DNA from: Octopus sinensis
Taxonomy: Eukaryota
NCBI RefSeq assembly: GCF_006345805.1
Contig: NC_042998.1
Location: 177,630,001-177,694,000, forward strand
Direction: 5' to 3'
DNA length: 64,000 bases
Both the position numbers and the translations under genes were made by a program. Every line of letters starts with the position of its first letter. Positions within the stretch are counted from its first letter, which is position 1. This document shows, piece by piece, positions 12,641 to 24,756 of the stretch. The notes below the pieces were generated by a model that was not told where the DNA came from, made no database searches, and saw nothing but the letters and a program-made list of their open reading frames with translations.

Positions 12641-14722
12641 TAAGATAAGACTTTAGTATAACATCAAAAGGCAATCATTAAATGTATTAGTATGATTATA
12701 TTAAAGTTAAGTTATGGTGAAATACTATTATTTAAAAGGAAAGTTGGTCACGTTGGTAAATTGCAAGCATGTGAAAGCCAAAAAATTTTTTTAGTTATAT
12801 CAGAATTTTTTCACAAAAAAACCCCAAAGCAATAAATATAAAAGGTATTGGAAACAAAAGAATGGTGTATTATTTACAAATAAAGTTCAAAAGTCAAGCT
12901 TAAAAACATAAAATGTATACAAAAAATATAAAAAACATGAGGAGTTAAAAGCATTTATGCTGCTTTTAAGACCTGTTTAGTTTTTTAAAGTTTCAATAAG
13001 TTTCAATTGTTAATATAAAAAGTGTATATTTTTCTATGGCATTTAATTTTGTTAAAACTTCAATGTCTTGGTTTTTTTTAAATAGTTATTTTAAATATGA
13101 TGAAAATTTGAAAATGACAAGTGTCTTAAGCATTTCAACCCTCAAATGGAATGAATAATTGGGATTAATGTAGCTCATATTATATGCATATGAACATGAA
13201 AAAATAAACAAAAAACGTTGGTTTATCACCTAGCTTTTGCGTTTTGGGTGTATGGTTTTGATGAGAAATTTTTAGAAAAACATAAATAGAGGGTACTGAG
13301 ATAAAGAATAAAATGTAGTAACAGTATTTATCAATCTATTTTGGGGTCTTGCAATGAAATATGGCTAAGAATAATCTTAGCCAGTGATGAATCTTGTAAC
13401 TTTCATCAATTTCAATGTAGTTGTGTGGCGTAGGTAGTAACAAAGTAATTAGAAATTCTATATTGGGGTGACAGTAAAATCAATGGGCATAACAATGTAC
13501 ATTCTTGAAAAACAAACATTGAGCAATGAATACTACCAGTGTTACTATGCACAATGATGCAATACTGTCTTACAAACTTAGATTAGATTGTAGTAATAAT
13601 ACAGACTAAATACATATATTAAACTGAATCAGCTTTAGTATTTAGATGCTATTGTTACAAGATACTGTCTTCAGCTTAATCCACCAAACAAAGATAAAAA
13701 TCATCTTAGAGCTCTTTTTATGACAAGTTCTTTGTACAGAAACCAGCTAAAAGATGTGCCTTATGCGATCTTGTAGAGTAATATAATAAAAACAAAATCT
13801 TTGAGCAGCTTCAGAAAGTCATAAAAGGTTCATATACATTGGAGGATGCAGGGTGAAAATTTGCAACACAGAGCAAATCCAAGTGAGTTAAGAAAGGAGC
13901 TGGGTATTAGTAGCTAGCTGCAAAAGAATATATATAAGTGATAATGATAGAATGAGTCAAGAAAAATATTTGAGCTGTTTCCATTGCACAATGAATACTA
14001 CCAACATTGAACAGTGTTCAACACTGATAGAATTTAGTGTTGATTGTTTTTCTAGAGTGCACATTTTTATGTCTATTGATTTAACTATCAACTTAATACA
14101 GAATTTTAAGTAACTATTTTACTCCCTACAGCACACAACCATATGACTGCTGATGAGTTACAAGACTCATTACAAGCCATTTTTTAAATTAAGAGCCAAA
14201 ACTAGATAGATAAATACAGCTTCCTCATTCTAGTGCTCTCTATTCATCCCTGATCAAAAATAATCTCTAATCTAAATCAAACACCTGAAACATGAAAGCT
14301 AGGTGATAAGCTCATGTTATTATTTCATTTAAAATATTCAAGTAGAAAGATTACACGTAAAAACAATTTTTTAAAATTCCCTAATATTTTCATAAACTAT
14401 CATTTTTGAAACAACACTAAATTAGGTAATGTATTGACATTTTTTAAAAGCATATCTCATTAAATTTAAAGATCAAGTAGATAAGTTTCAAAACAAGGTT
14501 GAGCGATGAGTAAGAATAGAAAATAAGGATAAAGTTGAACTAGTAGCCAATATAATAATGATAACATAACAATGTTAAAACAATTGCATTTAGATATAGA
14601 AGCAAACATATAAAACACAATCTAAGCTATAACACAGAAATAAATGCATATAAGAGCTCAGAAAATTACAGCAAATAATGTCAAGCAGAAGCTAAGATTA
14701 AAACACAGGAAAGGAAGTTTAC

Positions 14723-14778
14723 CTTCAATGTGTTTAACAGCTGCTGGATTTTGGCAGATACTTTGCCATGTCTTGAAT
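14723..14778 (-). CDS. DIP2: DIP2 homolog, coding exon D (56 nt, phase 1/0): (D)SRHGKVSAKIQQLLNTLK
   Basis: Acceptor ttttttcatattacctag and donor GTAAAC. Near-identical to the recalled conserved DIP2 motif VSAKIQQLVNTLK. Confidence 0.93.
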
Positions 14779-14871
14779 CTAGGTAATATGAAAAAAAATA
14801 ATAACAATGATGACAATGATAAGGTAATTTGTAGAGGCTAATCAAATTACTAGCATTTTTACAAGAAGCAG

Positions 14872-14874
<3 letters not shown>

Positions 14875-14938
<64 letters not shown>

Positions 14939-14965
14939 CACACATATGTAAAATATACACACACA
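14875..14965. repeat. (TA)n/(CA)n microsatellite about 100 bp upstream of the exon D acceptor
   Basis: Seen directly. Confidence 0.95.
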
Positions 14966-15390
14966 CTTTTATCACCAAAAGAAAACAAAATACAAGTTGA
15001 CAACACTAACAGCAGTGACAACAATAATAACAACAACTAACACTTAATTTTTTTTTTTCTGATTTTCCTAATAAATAAATATAACCAAGAGAAATTGTCT
15101 AAATTGTGATATTTGAAAAATAAAAAGATAGAAAAAATAAGAAAATGACTGATTGTCAAGAAGAATATAATTAGAAAAAAGAGAAAAATTAAGGAAAAGT
15201 AGAACTTTTATACACAGAGAAGACTGAGGTTCAAATTTTTAAGGAGTGGGCAAAGAAATAAAAAAAAAGAAAAGCAGATTGTTTTGTCTCATGCTTGGTC
15301 AGTCATAGAATGAAATACAGGGGCTCGCCTGAGCACGACAGAGAAATTATTTCCGTGCAGACATTCAGAGAGGGGAGAAATAAGTCTTAC

Positions 15391-15459
15391 TTATGATCCA
15401 GTTTACTATAGCTGCATCATCCATAGATTGAAGTTCACTCAATCCGGTCGGGAGATTAC
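15391..15459 (-). CDS. DIP2: Candidate alternative DIP2 exon (69-nt frame-preserving cassette, or alternative first exon with ATG at 15424): (G)NLPTGLSELQSMDDAAIVNWII
   Basis: Strong donor GTAAGA, cag acceptor with a weak pyrimidine tract, phase 1/1 compatible with exons C and D, and locally high CpG content. No homology recognised. Confidence 0.45.
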
Positions 15460-15635
15460 CTGCCCAAAGTTCATCATTCCATAAAACGGTGTTCAAACAG
15501 AGACACGCAAACACTTTACAGAGTTATCATGTGATAGGATGGCCAGAAATTTAAAGTTTAGCTCAATTATTTACATAATGAAATGGCCTTAAAAAGTTTT
15601 GCTCAGAATGATTTATAAAATCCTTTCAGAAACAG

Positions 15636-15636
<1 letters not shown>

Positions 15637-15677
<41 letters not shown>

Positions 15678-16520
15678 CATACATACATATATACATATAC
15701 ATATATATATATATATATATACATACATACACACATATACATACACATATATGTGTATGTATGTATTTATGTATGTGTGTGTGTGTGTGTATATGTATAT
15801 ATACATATATATATAAATTTGTTTTTACCTTGGAAGCTAACAACTTTTTGAAGTCTTAATTTATCTATTCAATTAATTTTTTGAAATTAATAGAACCATC
15901 AATAAAATTTGCATTTCATGCCCAGATGTAAGGGCTTATTATGAAAAGATACCTTCAGCTAATGCTAGAAAGCCTGGGTGAACATAAAGAAGGGAATACT
16001 CAAATTGTTGGCCCATCCAAAAATAGAGGGAATTTAGATGTAAATAATAAACACACTGAAGGACAATATTACTGAAATTGGAGCAAAGTAAAAGAAAGGA
16101 GACCACAATGAATGTATGTATATGATTTTAAAAAAACAAACAAAAACAAAACAAACTTGCATTTCAAAAAAAAAAAAAACAATCAATAAATATAGAATTT
16201 AAACATAATCCTAGGATAAAACAACAACAAACAACATAAAACAAGGGGAGAAATATATTCAGAACTATATATATGAGTATGTGTGTGTATATGTGTGTTT
16301 GAATACATACATACATGTGTGTGTGTATGTGTGTGTGTGCGTGCACACACACACACACACACACAAACAGTGTTTATGAATATACATGTATATGAATGTA
16401 CACACATTGTGTGTATGTGTGTATATATATATGTATGTATGTGAGAATATATATGTATATATATATACACACATACATATATATGTATACATACACATAT
16501 ACATGTAACACACACACACA
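15637..16520. repeat. Two compound TA/CA/TG microsatellite blocks (15637-15812 and 16265-16520)
   Basis: Seen directly; they explain the overlapping Y/I/H/T/C/V-rich ORFs. Confidence 0.95.
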
Positions 16521-19074
16521 AGACACTGAATTGATATCAATGGGAAATGAACAAATAAATGGAGAAGACAGAAATATTAACATAAAGTATGTGCAACAAG
16601 GTTTTCCTTACTTAGGGGAAATTTGAGAGAGATTAAGTGACTGAATATGAGAGAAGGTGCATTACTTTGACTGGCACAAAGCTAAACCATGTAATACACA
16701 AGACTATTACCATTGTAGTTCTAACTAATTTCGCAAATCAATTATAAGATAGCAACTTCCATATTTACCAGCAGATTATTAAAGCTTCTCTGAAAAGTGG
16801 AATCATATAAACTTAACGTATTATGAAATTAATGAGTATCATAAAAATATAATTCTGACCATAATTTTTTAATAATATATGAATTTTATAACTTAAACCT
16901 TACACAAAGTGGGGAATAAAACCACAACTATGATAGGAAAACAACAAGAATAGGAATACTGGCGTGTCAGTGACAGTTTCAAATTTAATATTTTGAACAA
17001 CAATTTTATCTTTTTTGAGAAGAATCTTCTAATGACACACTGAACTTTCTCCTAACATAATTCTTACAATATTCTTTGTTAACTGTTGTGGCTAAATCTG
17101 CACTAAATAAATGATCTGCAAGGAAGTGCAAACACTAAACCTTAAACAGCAATTCATAATCTTTTTGAAAATCAATGAATTTATAGATTCATAATGAGGA
17201 AAACAGTCTGGATTTGATATTTTGACAAAATAAAAATAACTATAAATATGGAATAGTATATGGAGGGGAGGGTATTTAAAAATACTGACATTGAGACATA
17301 GCAGAATGAATATGATATATTCTCAACTTATAGTTAATGAGTTAATATCCTGTTACTGACACAGATGTAAATCCATAGGAATGGGACTGAATTCTCCTTG
17401 TCATATCTACTTTAGCAAAAACGTATGAACCATAATGGCACTCATTCCACAAATACAGGAATAACAGGAAATTTATGATGTAGCAAAGTGGTTTTGTTGA
17501 TGTGAGATCAAATCCTATCAAAGTCATCTTAGTCTTTAACTGATGAAAAGAATGAATGTCAGATCATTAAAATAACAAGACAAAACAAAATCTTCTAAAG
17601 ATCTACTGCAATTATGACAAGCATACAACATTATTTTTTTAAGTATAAATGTAAATGTAATTTTATAAACTAAACTTCATGAGCTAACAAAATATTTCAT
17701 ATTTTCTTATATGAATTACCTTCAAAGACCCTCATCACTAACCACTAAATAAAATAAGATGCAAATGAAAAGTAAAAAAATTAGAGAATCAGAGAAAAAA
17801 ATTATAATAATTCTAGATACACAAAAAATTCTATTAAAGCATGAGTTGACAATTACAATGAATAACAATATTTAGTGATTACACTAAAAATTAGGAGAAA
17901 GAAGACATCTTCAAAATCTAGTTAGAAAAGACCAGAAAGAAGCACTATGTAATGTCAAACATTAGCAGTGAAAATCCATTTTAAAACTATTTTTCAGTCA
18001 TTATTATATTTTATCTACCTGCACTATATTTTGGGCAATTAATTTTCTCTTTTTAATCAGAATTATAGGATGGTGCTATTTCTATATGAAAATATATTTA
18101 GTTTGTGTTAAAGACAAGGAGTACAAAGTACTGTCAAACTGAAGACATCCAACTGAGTTTGTATTGATATCTCCACTCTAAGAAATATTCTCACTAACTT
18201 GCAGTTTTAACCTCACAACATTGTTTTATGTTGCTAGCATTTGTCACAAATTTCATTCAAGCAAGCATGCCTGCATGCACTTAAAGGTCATATCTTAAAA
18301 TACAAAATATACAAGCTCTAAATTTCAAAATGTACTTTTTCAAAGATGTGGAATTAGTAATGATCCTAAGTCAAGCAGCTAATACCATATCAAACAGACA
18401 CACAAATGTTTCATCTTTCAAAAGCAAAGAATCAAACGAAAGTAGAACAAGTGAAAGTTGAAGATGTTGAATATTTTTCAGACTAGACACAAGGTCTTTC
18501 ATTAGATAAATTTTATAAGTTAACATCTTTTTTGTGTGATGACTTCTTTTTATTCCACTAATAAAAAAAATAAAAAATTTTTATCAAAAAACAAATTAAC
18601 TGTTTTTATTCTTTGGGGCCTAACTGTAGTTAGATAAAACTGCAGAGAAGAATTAACAGATGTCACTTGGATAAGAATGTAGCACATGTAAATAACAATA
18701 ATAATAATGATTTCTAATTTAAGTATAAGGCTGCAATTTTGAAGGGCGAGGAATTTAATTGATAACATTAACCCGAGTACTAAACTGGTATATTATTTTA
18801 TCAATCCTGGTGAGATGAAAGGCAAAGTAGGATTTGAACTCAGAACACAGAAATGCAAGGTATTTTCCCAACATGATCATTTACATCCATATAGTAAGTG
18901 CAAGTGTAGTTGTATGGTTGAGAATGTGTTCTTGGTTTTAGTCCCACTACATAACACCTTGGGTTAAATGACTTTCTTCAATAGCCTTGAGCCAACCAAA
19001 GCCTTTGAGAGAGGATTTGATATACGGAAACTGAAAAGAAACCTGTCATATAAAAGTGTGTGTGTGTGTGTGTG

Positions 19075-19720
19075 CGCAACTATACTTTCAGAACATCCTC
19101 CTCTACTGCTAATTAGGTCACCTAAATAATAGAAATTATCTACTACCTCAAGGGAACTCCTGAGCATTCAAGATAATCTATTTCCCATGTATTGTTAGAG
19201 TTTAGTGCTCTTGTGCATTTGCCACAAACAAAATCTACATTCTCTGTTAATCTTCCACTGATTTACAGCACCTCATATGTCTATAGTTTGCATTGGATAC
19301 ACAGTACAGAATAACTACCTACACCTTTTCTACATATTAAACAGAGGCATTTTCCTTAAAGGATTAGCATACTGCTTGGTTTCTTTCCTACTAGTACTTT
19401 AAAGCCCTTTGATATCAGGTTATGCTTCGACACTTGGAAGTTTTTCTCTAATTCTACGATAGATTCAGCAGAGTTTCCACAGACAATGGGTTTTGAACTC
19501 CTCAGGAATGACAATGATGACTAGGAAAGGACTGAGAGCTGAAACTTGGTGAACTACCACCTGCATACTAAATTCATCAGTGTACTCTTTGTTAGTTCAC
19601 TAATCATTCATTTACTCCTAGCTTCCATAGTAACCACTAGATCAGGGAGCAAGAGACTTTGTTGAAGGCTGTCTTCAGGTCAAGTACAACAATTTACATT
19701 TGGTTAAATACTTTTCTTGT
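19075..19720 (-). mobile_element. Degenerate RTE LINE RT fragment
   Basis: ORF 18964..19167 contains LEVVDNFYYLGDLISSRGGCSESIVA, an RTE RT C-terminal motif also seen at 25358-25567. Confidence 0.7.
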
Positions 19721-20593
19721 AATTACCTTATTAAGAAGAGAGTATAGGCATAATGCAAATAATTTTGAAGGAAGTGAGTAAGTTGACATCAACAATCCCA
19801 GTACTTTATTTTATTGATTCCAGAGGGATAAAAGGCAAAGTTAACCTTGACAGGATTTGAACTCAGAATGTAAAGAGCCATAACTAAATACTACAAAGCA
19901 TTCTGTGTAATGATCTCACAGTTCTACCAGCCCACCATACTAGAAATTATTCAAACTATAACCATTAAAGTTTATATGTTAAACACAACAAACTTATACT
20001 CTATACTAGTGGTTCCCAACCTGTTGTAGTTCAATCCTAACACCTTCCCAAATGGCATTTTACAAACAGCTTCCCCATATGTTTTGGAAGAAAAAAAAAA
20101 AGCAGATTACTCAAACAGAAGCTAGTTTTGTTTAGTGGTTTATTACCCATATTTTCTTACACCATCAATCTGGCATTTGACATTTTTTTGAAGATGTTTT
20201 TGTGGGTACCACCAACCCACAGAAATATTTATGGAAATTACTAAAGGATATAAAGACTTATATAACAAAAATGTACTGAACCATGGCTCATCTTCTGTCA
20301 TGGTTCTGCTCATGGATAACACAATGTCCAATTCATATTTTAACTCCCCAATAATATTTTATTCCTAAGTAAAATCCTGATCTATAGTGTCTCCATAACA
20401 TTTGACATCCACCTTGAGAGGCTACATCATCCCCAAGAGAGTGCTGCTAGTTAGGTTAAGAACCACTGCTCTATACCATCTTGGCATGTATCAAGATGTG
20501 ACAGGAACTTCCTCAAGAAGCCATATCCATTATCTCATCATAACTCCTTTAATCAGAAAAACATGTTATTATTATTATTATTATTGTTCAGGT

Positions 20594-20870
20594 CACTACG
20601 CCATATACCCACGGGCATATGGCGTAGTGGTTAAGAGCGTGGGCTACTAACCCCAAGATTCCAAGTTTGATTCCAGGCAGTGACCTGAATAGTAATAATA
20701 ATAATAATTATTATTATAATAACAACAACATCGAAAGATACCATAGGAATGAGAACCTAGGTTCGAAATTTCCCCAAGACACCTGATGAAGGCTGGAGGG
20801 TATATCAACCAAAATGCTGTGTTAACAACAAACAAGATGAGGACAAATATCTGTCAAATGTAAATAATGT
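20594..20870 (+). mobile_element. tRNA-headed SINE-like element (family 3) with (AAT)n linker, Penelope-type hammerhead motif tail and 5' fold-back
   Basis: A-box TGGCGTAGTGG at 20620 and B-box-like AGTTTGATTCC at 20664. Degenerate HHR GACAC-CTGATGA-AGGCTG..CAACC-AAAAT-GCT-GTGTT at 20778-20823. The tail is shared with the elements at 55823, 62016 and 32068. Confidence 0.75.
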
Positions 20871-21811
20871 ATGGTAAGAAGTAGTTCAAACCCATTTAAG
20901 TCACTAGCTAAACTGAATAAACTACAAAAAAGTATCTGAGAAAATATGATGGTAGTAATTATTTGCTAGCCTACATAAAGCCTAGTTTAGAATTGAGAAA
21001 CCAACTAGATTGCCATTGCAAATGAAGATCAAATATGGTTCAATATGAAAACCACTTTAGAACTTTAAAATTTAAAGCTAATAAAATGAGGAATTTTATT
21101 TTTACATAAACTGAGAAACAGTGATTCATGTTAATATAAGATTTAAGAAATGTATGAATTCTATTGCAATAAAAGTTGCACAAGTAAGTCTTCTTGGTTA
21201 CACGGAATATGCAAAGTGGCCAAATTCTAGATTAAATTATAATCTTATGTATATTTCTTTACGAAATAATAAAATATCTGTCATAGTTAATGAAATTTAG
21301 AAAAATTAAACTGAAATAAGTTTCACTAGACAACAACAACTGAAACATTGAAATAAGTTTTTGATGGGAAGAAGTAACAAAATTAGTAAATAATATGCCA
21401 GCTACTTTCAAAGCAAATATCTTAGATAAACTTTTGACACTGTTTTAGTAGTAAGAATTTAATAAAATACATTTTGTAACTCCTCTAATTTACAACTAAT
21501 GAGAGGGAAAAGATTGCAGATTCTACGTAAGAAGAATGATATGAAAGTAGACTGTTCTCTCATGTGCAAACATTGCCATACAAATCAAGCCATATCAAAG
21601 CAGGAAAAAATTAATAGTAATTGATAAATATTGTTTAGGAAGGCACAAATACAACATGAACAATTTTCAACTTAAAATATAAAACTGGAGAGTTTCAAAC
21701 AGCACAGAAAGTATATTTTATATTGTGAAAGATACAAAATTCTAGAGAGAGACAGAAAGAGGAAAAGAGCAAGATGAACATAACAATGGAAATATTCTAA
21801 AAGAAACTCAC

Positions 21812-21958
21812 CTGGCTCTTCTTCAAAAGTGGAAAGTTGAGTAGATCCAACTCTGATCGAAGATGCATGTGCTTGACCATAACGGTTAACTCTGTCGGCC
21901 CCACGCATACTTTTGGAGGCATTGCTTGTCACATCTGGTGGTTGGGAGTAATGCTGAG
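21812..21958 (-). CDS. DIP2: DIP2 homolog, coding exon C (147 nt, phase 1/1): (S)QHYSQPPDVTSNASKSMRGADRVNRYGQAHASSIRVGSTQLSTFEEEP
   Basis: Acceptor tttctcattcatacag and donor GTGAGT. Contains the PPDVT motif recalled from DIP2 proteins; lies inside ORF 21672..21977. Confidence 0.88.
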
Positions 21959-23258
21959 CTGTATGAATGAGAAACAATAAGAAAATAAGAAATGGATAAT
22001 AAAAAGTATAACAACTATAATAGTTTTAAGGACTGACACACTGGTTCAATCTATGCTGATAATACAAACTAAGCAGTCTTCTTTTGTGCTGAAGTCTATA
22101 AAAATAAGAACCAGCTTTATTAAATATTTAAGATATCTTTTCCTTGTAGTGGTGCTTGTTGTTGTTGTTGTTTAGCTCTTTGGAATCTTGGACAAGTGCT
22201 TTCTCCTGTAGTTGTGGCCTGACCAATGCCTTCCTTGTGAATGAAATTTATAGACAGAAACTGTGGAGAGATCTGTCGTACACATGTGTGTCTACGTATT
22301 TATCATCAAGTCTGTCTTTACTTCAACATCATTCGGAGAATGATACTCAGTGTTTAAGACCTGTAGCGTATCAGTCCTGCAAATAGTAACTAATTCCAGA
22401 CTTAAAAAAGTAGGTAATGGAATTGTTATGATCAACTCAGCATAGCTACAAGCCAAAGACTGAAACAAAGTATTCACAAACACAAGGTATTCTAACACCA
22501 TTTTTACCTTTGAAATGCTTGTATACTTCAGTAAAAGAGAAAGGAACTAATTTTCTGAAATAAGAATATACAGTCCCAAATATAATATGACTTGTGGATT
22601 TAGCTTGACAAGAAATGGGTGCTGATAAATATCAAATTTTATAGATACACAATTGCAGATACACACAAATACAAACACTGTCATAAGAACATGAGCAAAA
22701 TGCTAATAGTTAAATTAGCCAATGAATGAGCCTCAATAAGACTGCTTGATCTGCTAGAAATCATACCCATCATCATAGGAACACATATTGGATACTGAAA
22801 TTCCAGATCTCTTTCTTCACAGCCTTCCTCAATCAAGGCTAAACAACAACGATCAAGAGGTAAAAGAGGGAGAAAAAAAGAACATGATTTCTTACTGGAA
22901 CCCTCTAAAAAAAAAAAATAGGTGTATGTGTTTTTGTGTTTATGTACATGTAAATGTGTGTTAATGTAGCAAATTATATAAAAGCAACTGTTGTTTTTAT
23001 TTCTTGTTATATTTAACTAAAATTGAAAATTCTGACACCATACACCACTTCTTAATGCAACACAAACTATGTGTGTGTATGTGGACTGCTGAAATCTACA
23101 AGTTCTTTTCAATCTCTCTCTCTCTCTCTGTTTATTTTCTCTTATTCCTTTCTGTTGAAGAGCATAGGCTTGAAACATAAAAAACCTTTTCATTTTCCCG
23201 AGTGTCAAACTAATACACTTGCTTGTTGTTCTTTGTCTTTTGTTTTTCTATAAATTTC

Positions 23259-23295
<37 letters not shown>

Positions 23296-23672
23296 CATAC
23301 ACATATAAATTATCCACATGAAACTGTAATTGTATTTTTAAAAAATTTTCTAGAACTATCCAAAGAAATACTATTATCACTGGTTATATAAATCCACAAT
23401 TCTTCAATTCGTAACTAGTTTGATAACTGCCATCACACAAACCCTCGATTCAATAACACTGTTTACAAACTCTATGCTTGGAATGATCAATTTTAAACAC
23501 TATTGGAACTTACACACAAGGTACAGCAATTTTATATGTATACCATTCTGCCTAAATAATGGAACTGCAGATACAATATCCCTGCATATCTTACGTCTGT
23601 TTTCATTCCTCCACTTCACTCTCTATTTAATATCTTATCTAGGAATAACTATTGCTTAACCATTTTCTCACA

Positions 23673-23723
23673 CCGTCTCTGATGAAGGGATATATAAAAT
23701 ATCCCTGAAACAGCTGTAAAACT
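23673..23723 (+). ncRNA. Type I minimal hammerhead ribozyme motif (second family), stem I damaged
   Basis: CTGATGA (23679) - AGGGATAT/ATATCCCT 8-bp stem II - GAAAC (23707) - palindromic ACAGCTGT stem III - GTA cleavage triplet. The 3' strand of stem I reads AAC instead of the AGAC needed to pair with GTCT. Confidence 0.65.
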
Positions 23724-23784
23724 TTCTCTTTATAAATGTCTGAAATCTTTCACAGCCTTGGATTTTTATCTCATTCTGTTAATT

Positions 23785-23817
<33 letters not shown>

Positions 23818-23830
23818 ATATAAATAATGA

Positions 23831-24218
23831 ATTAAATAGAGATTCAACTGACAATCCAATAATTTATTTATATGAATATAAATATAAGATAGCATTAAAA
23901 AAATCATTAAAAAACCAAAAGAACCAACAATCAGTTTCAACTTATATACATTATTCAATTCGTGAAATAATGCTGGATTGTAAAATTTTTGTTACAATGC
24001 AGCATCCTTTCATACAGAATTTAATCTGTCTTTAAACCAAAGCTCTGATGAGACTTATATAAGTGAATTGAATTGTTATAAATCAAATAATGTATATAAG
24101 TCAAAAGAAATTGTTGGTTCTTTTGTTTTTTATATTATCTTGTATTACATTATATTCATAGTATATTATGTTATAATATAAATAAATTATTAAATTGTCA
24201 ATTGAATCTCTATTTAAT
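23831..24218. repeat. Inverted repeat with about 130-bp arms (23831-23960 and 24081-24218); spacer holds a degenerate HHR motif
   Basis: The outer 43 bp are 40/43 complementary, and the inner segment aaccaaaagaaccaacaat..acttatatacattatt also pairs. CTGATGA-GACTT-ATAT-AAGT-GAA at 24045-24067. Confidence 0.75.
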
Positions 24219-24325
24219 TTGTGTGGTATCCAACTGATGTACCAGTGAATTGGATGTTTTACACACACCTTTGAAGGAGTTCCTTTTCTTAGTTTGTTAT
24301 ACTTTATACACACATACACATATAT

Positions 24326-24725
24326 AGGCACAGGAGTGGCTGTGTGGTAAGTAGCTTGTTTACCAACCACATGGTTCCGGGTTCAGTCCCACTGCGTGGC
24401 ACCTTGGGCAAGTGTCTTCTACTATAGCCTCGGGCCGACCAAAGCCTTGTGAGTGGATTTGGTAGACGGAAACTGAAAGAAGCCCGTTGTATATATGTAT
24501 ATATATATGCGTGTGTGTGTTTGTGTGAGTGTGTTTGTCCCCCTAGCATTGCTTGACAACCGATGCTGGTGTGTTTATGTCCCCGTTACTTAGCGGTTCG
24601 GCAAAAGAGACCGATAGAATAAGTACTGGGCTTACAAAAAGAATAAGTCCCGGGGTCGAGTTGCTCGATTAAAGGCGGTGCTCCAGCATGGCCGCAGTGA
24701 AATAACTGAAACAAGTAAAAGAGTA
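24326..24725 (+). mobile_element. Near full-length tRNA-derived SINE (family 1)
   Basis: A-box TGGCTGTGTGG at 24337 and B-box GGTTCAGTCCC at 24380. Closely similar to the inverted copy at 5233-5582. Partial copies near 2200-2345, 10060-10220, 18900-19075, 22185-22290, 25820-25945 and 60000-60620. Confidence 0.88.
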
Positions 24726-24756
24726 TATATATATGTATATATAAACACGCACGCAT

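Noticed and set aside
14148-14175. Isolated CTGATGA heptamers (also about 5875, 17542, 28478, 46915, 52315 and 61457)
   Set aside because: Each lacks a paired stem II followed by GAAA.
15599-16626. Many overlapping 60-110 aa ORFs (also at 3751-4079, 14681-15036, 33072-33344 and 54623-54907)
   Set aside because: They are translations of dinucleotide microsatellites and SINE bodies, not genes.
16590-16750. KYVQQGFPYLGEI resembling piggyBac NGFPYLGK; similar hints near 48230-48540
   Set aside because: Single short motifs in heavily decayed sequence; too weak to annotate.
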